Source: Chlorokybus atmophyticus
Lineage: Eukaryota > Plantae > Mesostigma and Chlorokybus algae
Assembly: GCA_009103225.1 (NCBI GenBank)
Contig: RHPI01002533.1
Span: 1,047,842-1,111,841, forward strand
Direction of reading: 5' to 3'
Length of the DNA stretch: 64,000 nt
Shown here: one piece after another, positions 39,801 through 51,850 of the stretch
Layout: each line of letters begins with the position of its first letter
Numbering within the stretch: position 1 is the first letter of the stretch
The notes under the pieces: model-generated
Databases searched by the model: none
What the model was told of the DNA's origin: nothing
What the model saw: only the letters and a program-made list of their open reading frames with translations
Program-made: the position numbers and the translations under genes

Positions 39801-42503
39801 GTGTGCTGCTTTGTGATTCCAACCCCCCCTCTATGCCATCCCCCTCTCACCTGCGCCCACACCGCGTACACCGTCCCGTCGTTCCTCACCACATACAAGT
39901 CCCCGCTGCACCGGTCCAGCGCGGCGCCGTACAGGAAGCTGGAAGCGGTCGCGGAGGTTGACGAAGAGGAGGACTGGGAGGAGCGCCACGGGGCGAAGGG
40001 GGAGTAGGAGCCGTTGGAAGAGGACCAGAGGGGGGAGAGGGGGGAGAGGGAAACGGCGTAGAGACCGGCCTGGGGGGCTCTTGATGTTCATGCCGCAATG
40101 ATGAGTGTATAGTACACTGTGTACACTGCAGACTCTATCAATGNNNNNNNNNNNNNNNNNNNNNNNNNNNNNNNNNNNNNNNNNNNNNNNNNNNNNNNNN
40201 NNNNNNNNNNNNNNNNNNNNNNNNNNNNNNNNNNNNNNNNNNNNNNNNNNNNNNNNNNNNNNNNNNNNNNNNNNNNNNNNNNNNNNNNNNNNNNNNNNNN
40301 NNNNNNNNNNNNNNNNNNNNNNNNNNNNNNNNNNNNNNNNNNNNNNNNNNNNNNNNNNNNNNNNNNNNNNNNNNNNNNNNNNNNNNNNNNNNNNNNNNNN
40401 NNNNNNNNNNNNNNNNNNNNNNNNNNNNNNNNNNNNNNNNNNNNNNNNNNNNNNNNNNNNNNNNNNNNNNNNNNNNNNNNNNNNNNNNNNNNNNNNNNNN
40501 NNNNNNNNNNNNNNNNNNNNNNNNNNNNNNNNNNNNNNNNNNNNNNNNNNNNNNNNNNNNNNNNNNNNNNNNNNNNNNNNNNNNNNNNNNNNNNNNNNNN
40601 NNNNNNNNNNNNNNNNNNNNNNNNNNNNNNNNNNNNNNNNNNNNNNNNNNNNNNNNNNNNNNNNNNNNNNNNNNNNNNNNNNNNNNNNNNNNNNNNNNNN
40701 NNNNNNNNNNNNNNNNNNNNNNNNNNNNNNNNNNNNNNNNNNNNNNNNNNNNNNNNNGGGAGTGAGTGTGTGCTCTCATGGCATGCGGGGGAGGGAGTGC
40801 GTGTGCGCATGCGTGTCTTTTTTACATTCATGCGCGTGTGCAACTGTCAGTGTGCGAGCGTGTCCGAGCATTCCTGCAAGAGCGTGTGTGCGCGCACGCC
40901 TGAGTGTGTGCGGGCGTGCGTGCACACACCTGCACACTGACTGACATGCACACGCGCACGAGTGCAAAAGGGTACACGTGCGCGCACGCTCTCATGCTTT
41001 CACGCTCTGACGCGCACTATTGCACACAGGCACACCCACACACGCGCACACATGCACATACATACAGTGCAGTGATACGCTTCCTGCATTCTACTCACGT
41101 TGCCCAGGTTGATAAATATGGCGGACTCGTCAAAGTGCAGCGTGAAGCCGGAGATGCGAAGGGAGGAGGAAGAGGGCACGTCGGTGACATCGGTCGTTGC
41201 GTCGAACAGCGTCCGGAGCGTCGAGGAAGGCGGAGAGACTGCCGCGATGGTGGTGTACGTCGCAAAGTACACCTGTGTTGATATGTGCATCAGGTGAGGG
41301 AGTACGTACGGGTGTAGGGTGCATGCGGGTGCGTGTACCCGCATGAGCCCTACACCCGCACAAGCAGGCGCACGGATACACACGCGCACACAGCCCAACT
41401 TCTCTGCGCATACACACGTGCCCGCGCGCGCGTAGGCACACATCCACATGTTCGTGTCCCAGCCACGTACCGTTCCCGACTCCCCGACCGCCGGCGCGAT
41501 GAACGGCTGGCAGTTTCCCTTCCCCGCCGGTATCACGACGCTCCAGGCCAGGGAGGAGTTGGTGTTGGATGATACGGCGTAGGCGCGGAGGGTGGATCCC
41601 GCGCAGGCGAAGACGTGAGTGGAGGAGGAGGCGATGGAGGTGAAGTAGGGGGAGAGGGAGGGGTCCGTGATGCGCCAGAGGGGAGGTGAAGGGGGTGCGG
41701 TTACAGCGCATACTGCCAGTGGAGGCAGGGGTTGGAGGTGGACAATCAGTGGCATGTATGGGTTGAGAAAAGTGACGTGCAGAGTGCCATATGCATGTAC
41801 GCGCGCACACATGCACACACTAGTACACATGCGTTCCCACACTTATGCTGATACACATGCAGGCACACGCACACCCTTTGAGTACCACACACTCCCTTGC
41901 ACGCACATGCATACACGCACGCGCGTAAACGCACGCACACGCACATACGCGCGCATGCAAGACGAAACGCCATACGAGTGATACATGGGAACGCACAGAC
42001 TGTGCGCATACAGTCAAAGTGATGACCAGCTTTCCGTCATGACATGCACAATGTGTATGTGCGTGTGTTGTAATCAAGTGGCCTTCACACTGTTGTAAGC
42101 TTATGCTCGTACGATCCTTGCAGGTGCAGGGGAAAGGTTGTTCACCAGCATAAGTTGTAACATAGTTGATCACTCTATTATATGTTACAGGTTGTAACTG
42201 ACATATCTCAGACGTTGTCGTCTGTGTCTTTACGATCTGTCCTCACCGTTCTCTGAAAGCCGATCCAGCTTCGAGTGTTGATGTGATGTTGTTTTGTTAA
42301 TGGGTCAAGCATAGCGCAACATGTATGGATGCTCAGAACTGCTGTGATTTCTTGCTTGCTTGTTTGGTCCTGTCAATGAGCTTAATGAGAGACTTAGCTC
42401 ATGCACCAACGCATGCAGGCGCACCTGCCACAAGTGCCTGTTGGCACCCCACAAGCAGGAGCACAACCAGCACCACCTTCGTCGCCATCCCGTACGCGAC
42501 CAT
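36850..42503 (-). CDS. Multi-exon type-I membrane protein: signal peptide, PQQ/BamB-like beta-propeller repeats, Cys-rich segment, TM helix, cytosolic tail
   Basis: Exons 42425-42503 (MVAYGMATKVVLVVLLLVGCQQALVA), 42247-42268 and 42113-42174 splice in frame. Later GC-rich exons give STLRAYAVS..LAWSV, LYAVSL..LWS, DLYVVRNDGTVYAV, LRWKTSL, VIGSTDGSVYF, then TM FLPLIIAAPCACLLLVAAGYVAIHIRKR. Internal exon boundaries are approximate; one gap lies inside. Confidence 0.6.
40144..40757. other. Assembly gap
   Basis: N run. Confidence 1.
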
Positions 42504-43052
42504 CATACCATCATATCATCAAACCGTCCTGACCATACCATCCATACCGACAACACCCTCACCCACATCGCCGCCGCCATGCCAAAGGCAGTACAGTCTC
42601 CGTCGTCATCACATCACGTGAGCAAAATGAAAGGAGATCTGAACGAGCGCTTACGATCCGGATGCATACACATCGGGTTCGGTGAACTCCACACGTCCGA
42701 TCGGGGCCGAGAGGTCTAGGTCGGCAGATCTGGTTGCCCACGTGGCAATGCCTTCTCGACGAGATCTCCCCTGGGCGGTGCTGTCGTCGTCGTCGTCGCT
42801 GTTGCCGTCGTCATCGGGTCAGGGGTGCCGGCATTGCGAGTAAGGGGGAGCAGAGGGGAGGCGCTGTTGCAGGCTGCCCAGAGCGCAGGCGCAGCTTGAC
42901 GACTGTGACAAGCTTCCGCTTGGGATAGACAGCTGCGTTGTTGTCGTCGTCGTCGTCGTCGTCGTGGTCGTGGTCGCTGTCGTCATCGTCGTTGTGATTG
43001 TAGCTGCTAGCCCGTGTGGGCGGAACCCAGTGCCCCAAGCCACATGTCAGTC

Positions 43053-44627
43053 ATGGCGGGTCGTGTGCGCGGCGCGGAGCAGCCTCCCGCCGGCAACGCC
43101 GACGCGTACGAGGTGGTTCGACTCCTGGAGAGCATACGCATCAAGGACTACCTCGAGGAGAGACGGATGAAGGAGGTGAGGGAGGAGGGAGGTGGCTGGA
43201 ACGCATTGAGTGAATGCCAGGCAGCGAGTGGCATTTACTCGATGAGTGGGCTATGCAGACATGCATGCAGGCACGTTCATTCGCTCAATGGGTCATAGCG
43301 TCACCAGTACAGTCGGTCAGTCATCGGTGCATGCATGCCTACGACAACGTCTACATTGAATCATGTGGTGTTCATACGTACATATACACTGTGTGGTAAT
43401 GTAGTGATGTCACACAGTGTACAAACTAACAGAATAGTTTGCGTTTGCGTTTGCGTTTGCGTTTACTCACGCATTCATGCATGTGTTCGTTCATTCCGAC
43501 GCATGCGCTTATGCTGTTTGCTTGTGCTTGTAGGCAGCTGTCAGCAGTCCAGTATAGCTGATTGCCGTGTTAGAGTCTTAGTCGTTGCTCACCGGCGGTT
43601 ATGGACCAACGTAACTTCACTACGACGGTTGCTCATGTCACATCTTCTTTGCATGAGATGCTTGGAGCAAGTGTCTGCGACCCAACGGGTGATGCTCAAC
43701 GCATGTTGAGCTGGAGCATCTTCTCAATGCCATGCTGTTAATCCTCATGACAAAGACCTGCTAAAGACTTGCTTGGTCTTACTGCTCTGTGCTCCAACTG
43801 TTGCTTGTTACACGGTCGTGTCAATGTCTTGCGGTTGACATTGGTTCAAGTGCGACTGTTAACGAACTTTGTGACCCCCACCAGGCCGAGAAGTCCCGTG
43901 ACTCCCTGCCCTCCCCCCGCCCCGTCGTCACCCTCCAGCCCTCCGACTCCATCGCCCGCGCCCTCGCCGAGCTCGCCGCGGCCGACATCCTGTCCGCGCC
44001 GGTGGAGGACCCCACCAAGCCGGAGGAAGTGGCGTGCTACGGATTCATAGACGTCATGGTGGGTGGGGGCAGGTGTGGTGGGTGGGTGGTATGGTGGTAC
44101 ATACTACCACTACACTACTACAATTAGTAGGGGTAGAAGTGGTACTACCACTACGAGTCGTAGTATAGTAGTGGTCGTACTACACACTATCACAACTATC
44201 AGTAGTGTGTAGTACTACCACATACTATTACTAGTACTAATATTATCAGTAGTAGTGTGTAGTACTACCACACACTATTACTAGTACTACTATTATCAGT
44301 AGTATGTAGTAGTACCACACACTACTGATACTATTACTAGTGGTGTGTAGTTCTACTACTACTATTAGCAGTGTGTAGTAGTAGTACTACCAACGCACCC
44401 AAAAACATTGACACTTGTTTGCAGGATATCTTATCGTATGTTTTGGAGTACACTTGGGAGGCGCACTCATCGCAGCGGCTGGCGTATGAGGAGGTGGAGG
44501 AGTTTGAACTGGACTCGGCGGTGCTGGATGAGCTGGGGAGGAAGTGCCTAGCAGAGACGCAGATCAGACAACTCATAGGTAAAAAGGAGAACTTATAGTC
44601 AGCCACGTCCTTTTGTTGTTTTTTGTG

Positions 44628-44660
<33 letters not shown>

Positions 44661-44672
44661 GCGTGTGCATGG

Positions 44673-44708
<36 letters not shown>

Positions 44709-46296
44709 NNNNNNNNNNNNNNNNNNNNNNNNNNNNNNNNNNNNNNNNNNNNNNNNNNNNNNNNNNNNNNNNNNNNNNNNNNNNNNNNNNNNNNNNNNNN
44801 NNNNNNNNNNNNNNNNNNNNNNNNNNNNNNNNNNNNNNNNNNNNNNNNNNNNNNNNNNNNNNNNNNNNNNNNNNNNNNNNNNNNNNNNNNNNNNNNNNNN
44901 NNNNNNNNNNNNNNNNNNNNNNNNNNNNNNNNNNNNNNNNNNNNNNNNNNNNNNNNNNNNNNNNNNNNNNNNNNNNNNNNNNNNNNNNNNNNNNNNNNNN
45001 NNNNNNNNNNNNNNNNNNNNNNNNNNNNNNNNNNNNNNNNNNNNNNNNNNNNNNNNNNNNNNNNNNNNNNNNNNNNNNNNNNNNNNNNNNNNNNNNNNNN
45101 NNNNNNNNNNNNNNNNNNNNNNNNNNNNNNNNNGGGGGGGAGATTTGCATTAGTTCATGTGTGCACGTGCATGCATGCGCATATGCGTGTGAGCGGGGAA
45201 GGGCCGGGGGAATGTGTACATGTATGTGATCTGGGTTTGCTGCGTTGAACTGCAGCAAACCCAAACGCACACGCTTACATGCAAGCGTGCACATTCATGC
45301 TTGCCATGTACACTCACTTAATTGCTCTTCTGGTTTCTGCAGATAAGTCAAAGGTGAACCCCTTTCTTCCCGTTAGCGACCGCGGCAACATCTATCAGCT
45401 TGTGGAGGAGGTGTTCCAGAAGGGCGTCCACAGAGCGCCCGTCGTGAGCGACGACGGCAAGCTCGTCGGCATCGTATCACAATCGGACGTCATCCGCATC
45501 CTCAGCCAACACATGCGCAAGATCGGTACGCTCTTTTTGTGACAACATACACCTTAAGCGTCGGACTGGTATGCTCATGGAGGGTGAGGTTGTAATGTGC
45601 CCACAGTTGTGCTCTTGTGTGAACCAGAGACGACGGCGACAAAGACTCTTGGAGAGATGGGCTTGGCGGTTGGTGATTTTGCCAGCGAAGCCTTGCAGAT
45701 GAGTGTGGATGCGCCCGCCATCCAAGGCTTCCTGCTCATGCTCAAGAACAAGGTCAGCTACATTGCACGTGTCTGCGTGGCTGTGTCCATGTGCGTGCAT
45801 GCGTGTGTACGTATAATAGCGTGTGCGCGTGCAGCCGCATGCGTCTGTGTGGGCGTGTTGTCATGTGTGCATGTATGTGAGAGGGCCCATCACGCACGTG
45901 CATGCACAACACCAGACGTCCATAGCAAGACAGCTGGTCGATGTGCTTTCAACAGTATCCTAAAGGTGTTATATGATGCAGGCGAGTGCCGTGGCCGTGG
46001 TGACGAAGGACGGCCGTCTTCTCACGAGCATCTCCGCATCATCTCTTCGCGGCATCACCGAGTCTGGTCTCGGCGTGCTGCTTCTGCCCGCGCTTGAGTT
46101 CATGCGCCGCGAGAACACGCTGCACCCGGCGCGCTTCCGCAGCCCCCTCACCTGCACGCCGCACGCCACGACCTTCTGCAACCTCGTGCTGAAACTGGCG
46201 CTATTCCACGGACATCGCGCGTGGATTGTTGATGAAGATGATCGCCCTGTTGGTGTCGTGCTGCTATCAGACATCATGCGGATGATCTCGTCGTAG
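43053..46296 (+). CDS. Four-CBS-domain protein (SDS23/SNF4/AMPK-gamma-like); exons 43053-43175, 43885-44058, 44425-44578, 45343-45525, 45628-45752, 45982-46296
   Basis: In-frame GT-AG exons with ILSAPV...GFIDVMDIL, GVHRAPVVSDDGKLVGIVSQSDVI, ASAVAVV..DGRLLTSISASSLR and HRAWIVDEDDRPVGVVLLSDIM. Confidence 0.88.
44085..44395. repeat. TAG/CTA-rich minisatellite (about 50-bp imperfect units) in CBS-gene intron 2
   Basis: Recurring TATCAGTAGT(AGT)GTGTAGTACTACCACAYACTATTACTAG units. Confidence 0.75.
44709..45133. other. Assembly gap after a (GT)n run
   Basis: N run. Confidence 1.
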
Positions 46297-47686
46297 CCGC
46301 GCCCCACCCGCGTGTGTGCGTGGTGTGGTGTGCTTGGATGGTCTCTTAACTGTAACGTATGTGCCCTAGACCCTGCTAATAGGTGTAGTGCTGTGAAATT
46401 GCCGTCATTGTTACCGACAGAATGGAGCTGATTGATGTAGTTATTCATGTTGTCCTGCCCGGTCTTGATGCTTGCTAGCAAATGCAAGTCATGGACATCC
46501 CGCAGTTGCTTCAAGTTGCTACTTTAACAGTACAACACTTCGCGCCATTAACAGCACCTGGCCCTCTTTCCACCTACTATAGGATTTGTCACAGTGTCAT
46601 GACATCTCGCAGTTGTACATGATTAGAATAGCTATTGGTATCACTTCAGATGAGCCTGCATTGTTCGATTTGGACAGCACTTGGAAGCAGCTAGTCTTGC
46701 TTATATGGGGCACTATATGTACACATGTATGTGTACATGGGTGCGTGTAGCGCAGTTGCTAAATGCCACACCATCAACATCATTTCTGCAGCTGACCATG
46801 GTGCGCAAACAGCTAGCCCGACCATGTACACTTGTAAATATTAAGCATGTTGCAATGTTCATCAACACTATGTCATGCCTATCGCCCAAGCATGCCAGTC
46901 GTCATCGGGCATGCCTACAGCGAGACCCTCGCCCGGCTTACCAGCATGGCAACCCGCGCGCGTCTCTGACCAGTAGCTAGGTCATGTCTCTAGAGTAGCT
47001 CATGACCATAGCCTACATAGGCACCGCGCGTAGCTGTTCGGTTGTGAGTTCAGTTATAAGTCGGGTTCTATATCGAGTGGGGATTTCCTGTGGAAATAGC
47101 CTCGATATGACCGTTAGCTTAAGTTCTGGACAGTCACGAGTTGACTTGTATAAGTAGGCACAGTGTTCACCGGATCAGCTGGTGACACTGTAAGTGAGAA
47201 AGCTAAGAGCTTGTGAAGCGACTTGAACTACGAAACACACCGTCCCGGTTCTCAAGAATCCCCTCACCGTGTGAGAGCCTTTGCATGTTCTTGTGCACTG
47301 TGCTCGTCCTTGCTGTGAGCTTTGTGTACTTGGTTGCGGTGTGCTTGTTGGCATCAGTAAGGGCATAGCATCCACGTGTTGCTTGCTCATTCACCTCACT
47401 TAACAGTGTATTTTCTCTTCCACTCATGCAAAGAACTGTGTAAACAGCACGACCTATAGTAGTGGCTTGTTGACTTACAGTGTCACCCTCTTTGCTCAAG
47501 TGAGTGTAGTTGCAGGCTGTACATCAGCATCGCAATCTGTAGTTGTACACATCACAGTGCAATGTTGTCACCGTCATCGCATAGCGCGCACAAGCGCTAG
47601 TGTGTTGGGTGATAACAGCACGGGAGATCCCATTGTAGAGCACAAACATCCTACCCTTCATCCACTTTCACCATCCCATCAGCTGT

Positions 47687-49079
47687 ATGAGCAGGCCCAC
47701 CCCTTTTTCACCAATAGAAAAAGGGGACCTCAACAGCTGGAGCCCAACCTCCAACCTTACCTACGAGCGCGCAAGTGAAGGGAGCGATTACCGCAGCAGA
47801 GGCTCACGCCCCGTCTCCGGTTTCACCTCCTCTCACTCCACTCCTCGCCAACGAGCATCTCCACCACCGTCGGACAGTGACAACGAAGAGATGGAGCCTT
47901 CCAGCTCAACCAACCCTACGCTTCTCCGGACGCCCTGGCACCACCTCACTTGACGAGTTCATCATCAAGTTCCACTCCAAGACGCGGCAGTAAGCCCTCA
48001 AGAGCAAGGACTGGACAGATGAGGTATCGTTTCATGTGTCCGCTCAATACCTTGATCACGAAGCACATGATGTGTGGAAGTCCGTCGCGGAGTTGCACAA
48101 GATTGATGGCTATGGCGAGTTGGCCAGCACAATAGCCGCCACGTCACTGCACAGCCCATCGGTTACTGTCCCTGTAGCAGCGGCCCCGCCCGCCTCAGTC
48201 ACGGGTCTCACTCTAGCTGCAGCCATGGAGAAGGCAGAGAATGAAGAAGTTGAGGTGGTAGTGGCCTCATTGACTCCTGCAGAGATCGAAATCAAGAAGG
48301 CCGAGCGCCGGATCAGGATACTAAACCGCACCGCTGCCATCATCAGGGAGCAACAAGAGGAGCAGCAAGCTGCAGCGTTGGAGATGGGTACGCCCTTGCT
48401 ACCAACACCGGACTCGCGTGCTCCAGCGGGAGGCAGTGTTTTCACCCTCGGTTTAGTGGCATTGCGTGCACCCGCGCTTACGGTGGGCGCGGCCATGTCG
48501 GACTCCCCGTTAAAGGACCTCTACGCCGCACTCCGGCGCACCTTCCCACCGCAAACCAACAGCAAGGTGGAGGAGTTGAGGCGTTTTCGACGGAAGCCCC
48601 ACGAGGACCCTCTCCAATTGTATTCACGGTTGGAAGGGTTGCTCAAAGATACTGACTACAAGATCGTCAGTAAGGAGGCGGCAGCAGTGGTGTATGTGGC
48701 CGAGTTGGATCCCACCCTGAGTGAGTCAATGCGCCTGACGCTGAACTACAGCAGGCCCCTCGGCTACACCCTCAAGGAAGCTTTCGAGACTGCACAAGCC
48801 ATCCATAAGCGTGCAGTGTATGAGAAAGCGGTGCTGGACACCAACCGCAGTGCCTCACGGCCTATGGCAGGCACAAGTGCAGAGCCTCTTCGGCGAGACC
48901 GCAGCCGAGAGCCGCAAGGCATCCACCACAAGGATAAACGGTCAGCTCATGCTGCCCTTGTAGCTCCAGTGCTGTGCCACCGGTGTGGTCGACATGGCCA
49001 CTACCAAAAGGAGTGCACCGAAGATTATGGCAACCTTGTGTGCGATTACTGCCACAAGACGGGACACTTGGAGACAGTA
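47687..49079 (+). pseudogene. gag: Degenerate Ty3/Gypsy-type gag (element D), truncated by the Copia LTR
   Basis: LDEFIIKF..DWTDE..YLDHEAHDVW and LRRFRRKPHEDPLQLYSRL capsid-like motifs; knuckles CHRCGRHGHYQKEC and CDYCHKTGHLETV, cut at 49079; frameshift and stop near 47950-47993. Confidence 0.7.
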
Positions 49080-49661
49080 TGTTGAGGATATTCTTGTGTC
49101 CGGTCAGCTTGCCATGTGGATAAGAATAGCCGCGAGAAGATTCAGGCGCGAGAAGGTTCCAGTCGAGAAAGGTCCAGGCGAGGACTTCAGTCGAGAAGGT
49201 TTCAGGCGCGGAGTCGAGTCCGGAGTCTGGAGACCGCCAGGCGCTGTAGAAGAAACGTTGTAGCTCGGTGGTTACGTCATTTTATGGTGCGTGTCATAGC
49301 TTGTTGGAAAGCTCTTGAAAGTACCTAAGTGGTGCAATTTAGAGCGCAGGAATCAGTTGAGTGTAAAAGTCGTGGTGGCTTTTAGAGTAGACAGGTGCAG
49401 AACTGGCGGGTATAAAAGCCCGCGGTGTGACTTTGTTGTAATCCTTAGAAAGCCCTTTGGATCAGCCTTGTGTGTATGCTCTGGTAGAGTGTGTGTACTT
49501 GTGCCTGCACCAACTCCATGCATGGTCAGTAGTGTCCGAATCTCCAAAGGTTATGGGCCCACACTACGCTGGTCTAGCAAGTGTCTAGAGGCGTGATAAC
49601 GGCAGTAGGCTAGGCAAGGAGTTCTAGCTAAGTCTTGTGAGGTTGGGTTGAGTCCTGGAAG

Positions 49662-50744
49662 ATGGCAACCAACTATGACAAGGTGACCGTGGAGCCTTTG
49701 GACGTGGACAACTACAACACATGGAGCGTGCGCATGAAGATGTTGCTAGTACACAAAGACTTGTGGGAATGGGTGGACCCGGAGGAGGCAGACCCTATGT
49801 CTACAAGGCAGAGTTCGGTGTTTAAGCAGCAGAGTGGGAGAGCGCTTGCCATGATCGGTCTCAACGTGAAGGATCATCACTTGGTGTTGGTGGATGGCTG
49901 CAAGACTGCACGAGAGGCTTGGGAGAAATTGGCATCGCACTTCAAGGCGAAGAATAGCGCGAGGAAGGTGCAGCTGAAGAGAGAGCTCGCTGGGTTGAAG
50001 AAGCAAGGCGCAGCGGAGCCTCTTACCAAGTATGTGTCGCGTGCACGAGAGTTGCAAAAGGATCTTCAAGGCGTTGGCTATGAGGTGAAAGAGTCCGAGT
50101 TGGTGTGGCAAGTATTGTCCGGGTTGCCTGAAGACTATGACACGGTGATCACGGTCTTGGAGGGCTTGGAGGCAGAACCCACGGTGGACGAGATGGTTCC
50201 AAGATTGCTGCAGGTGGAGTCGAGGCTGGCGAAGAAGCATGAGGAAGGCCCAGAGGCGTTGGCTTTCTCAGCGATTTCAGGAAGAAGTACTGATCGTTTT
50301 CAGCATGGGTCTGGGCGTTTCAGTGGTGATGGTGGCGGTTCTAGTGGTGGTGGTAGAGGAGCGTCAAGAAGTGACAGGGTCTGCTACTATTGCGGGAAGA
50401 AGGGCCACATCAGGGTGCATTGCTCGATGAGGAAGCAGCACGAAGAGGAGCGTGGTGGAGAGAAGCATCATGCCATGACGGGACGTGTTCGAGAAACGCC
50501 TATTGCCTTTCATGCAACAACGGATGGTGAGGCAGCTGGGTTGGGTGCTGGACTCGGGTTGCACGAGGCATATGACGGGTGATCGTGAGAAGTTGGCGAA
50601 GTACAAGGCCTTGGAGAAACCTATGAAGGTGAAGTTCGGCAAGACGGAGGTGTTCGCGATTGGTGTAGGAGAAGTCAAAATCCTGTTCCAGGTTGGAGGA
50701 AGGACGAGGCAAGTGTTGTTGAGAGAGGTTTTGTATGTCCCAGG
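49662..50744 (+). CDS. gag: Copia Gag (DUF4219/UBN2-like, CCHC CYYCGKKGHIRVHC) and protease (WVLDSGCTRHMT), one +1 frameshift near 50540
   Basis: LDVDNYNTWSVRM, LSGLPEDYDTVIT and EVLYVPG motifs. Confidence 0.88.
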
Positions 50745-51350
50745 TGTAACGGGAAGGTACATTAAATAACCACAAATCGACCATAAAAGCACCAAGTCTT
50801 TTGTGGTCGAGTGGGCTGTGACATTGGTCATCGGAGCTTGAGACCCGGGTTCGATTCCTGCCTCGCACACGAATTCCGCGGTCGTTGTTTCTCGATCCAA
50901 TAATCGTAAATGGTCACTTTATGAGTGCCATCATCGATGGGTCGCGACTTGCCTAATGGCAGTCGCGCCGAACTGACCAGTTCAGTCGGCGCGGCAGGGC
51001 GCGACCTGCCTATCGCGGCGACGCGACCTGTGGGGCCGGCAGCGGCGCGCTATGCGCGCGTTGACCGGTTTGGGCCTAAATTGGCCGGTCCTTGGATGGT
51101 GGGGCCGGTGACCGACCCTAAATCAGACCCCTGGGAAGATTCCCCAGCTGATGGCCGCCAGCTGCCGAGGACGTCAGCGTTCTTAAGTGGGGGGCAATGT
51201 AACGGGAAGGTACATTAAATAACCACAAATCGACCATAAAAGCACCAAGTCTTTTGTGGTCGAGTGGGCTGTGACATTGGTCATCGGAGCTTGAGACCCG
51301 GGTTCGATTCCTGCCTTGCACACGAATTCCGCGGTCGTTGTTTCTCGATC
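50745..51350 (+). mobile_element. Tandem-array TRIM-like element (TRIM-2): 79-bp LTRs, 453-bp unit
   Basis: LTR 50745-50823, PBS-like TTGGTCATCGGAGC, internal region, PPT AAGTGGGGGGCAA, identical LTR 51198-51276, then a second PBS and internal region running into the gap. Confidence 0.85.
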
Positions 51351-51850
51351 NNNNNNNNNNNNNNNNNNNNNNNNNNNNNNNNNNNNNNNNNNNNNNNNNN
51401 NNNNNNNNNNNNNNNNNNNNNNNNNNNNNNNNNNNNNNNNNNNNNNNNNNNNNNNNNNNNNNNNNNNNNNNNNNNNNNNNNNNNNNNNNNNNNNNNNNNN
51501 NNNNNNNNNNNNNNNNNNNNNNNNNNNNNNNNNNNNNNNNNNNNNNNNNNNNNNNNNNNNNNNNNNNNNNNNNNNNNNNNNNNNNNNNNNNNNNNNNNNN
51601 NNNNNNNNNNNNNNNNNNNNNNNNNNNNNNNNNNNNNNNNNNNNNNNNNNNNNNNNNNNNNNNNNNNNNNNNNNNNNNNNNNNNNNNNNNNNNNNNNNNN
51701 NNNNNNNNNNNNNNNNNNNNNNNNNNNNNNNNNNNNNNNNNNNNNNNNNNNNNNNNNNNNNNNNNNNNNNNNNNNNNNNNNNNNNNNNNNNNNNNNNNNN
51801 NNNNNNNNNNNNNNNNNNNNNNNNNNNNNNNNNNNNNNNNNNNNNNNNNN
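51351..51850. other. Assembly gap (500 N, probably placeholder size)
   Basis: N run. Confidence 1.

Noticed and set aside
40075-40143. Exact 69-bp copy of 33932-34000 with ATGATGA motifs (snoRNA box C or hammerhead-like)
   Set aside because: Abuts a gap, so a likely contig-end artefact. No terminal CTGA D box, and the ATGATGAGTCC..GGAC stem lacks the CUGA and GAAA hammerhead core.
50797-50870. Bona fide tRNA gene
   Set aside because: A/B boxes and a partial T-arm are present, but there is no pairing acceptor stem and no 7-nt anticodon loop; it lies across an LTR/PBS junction.
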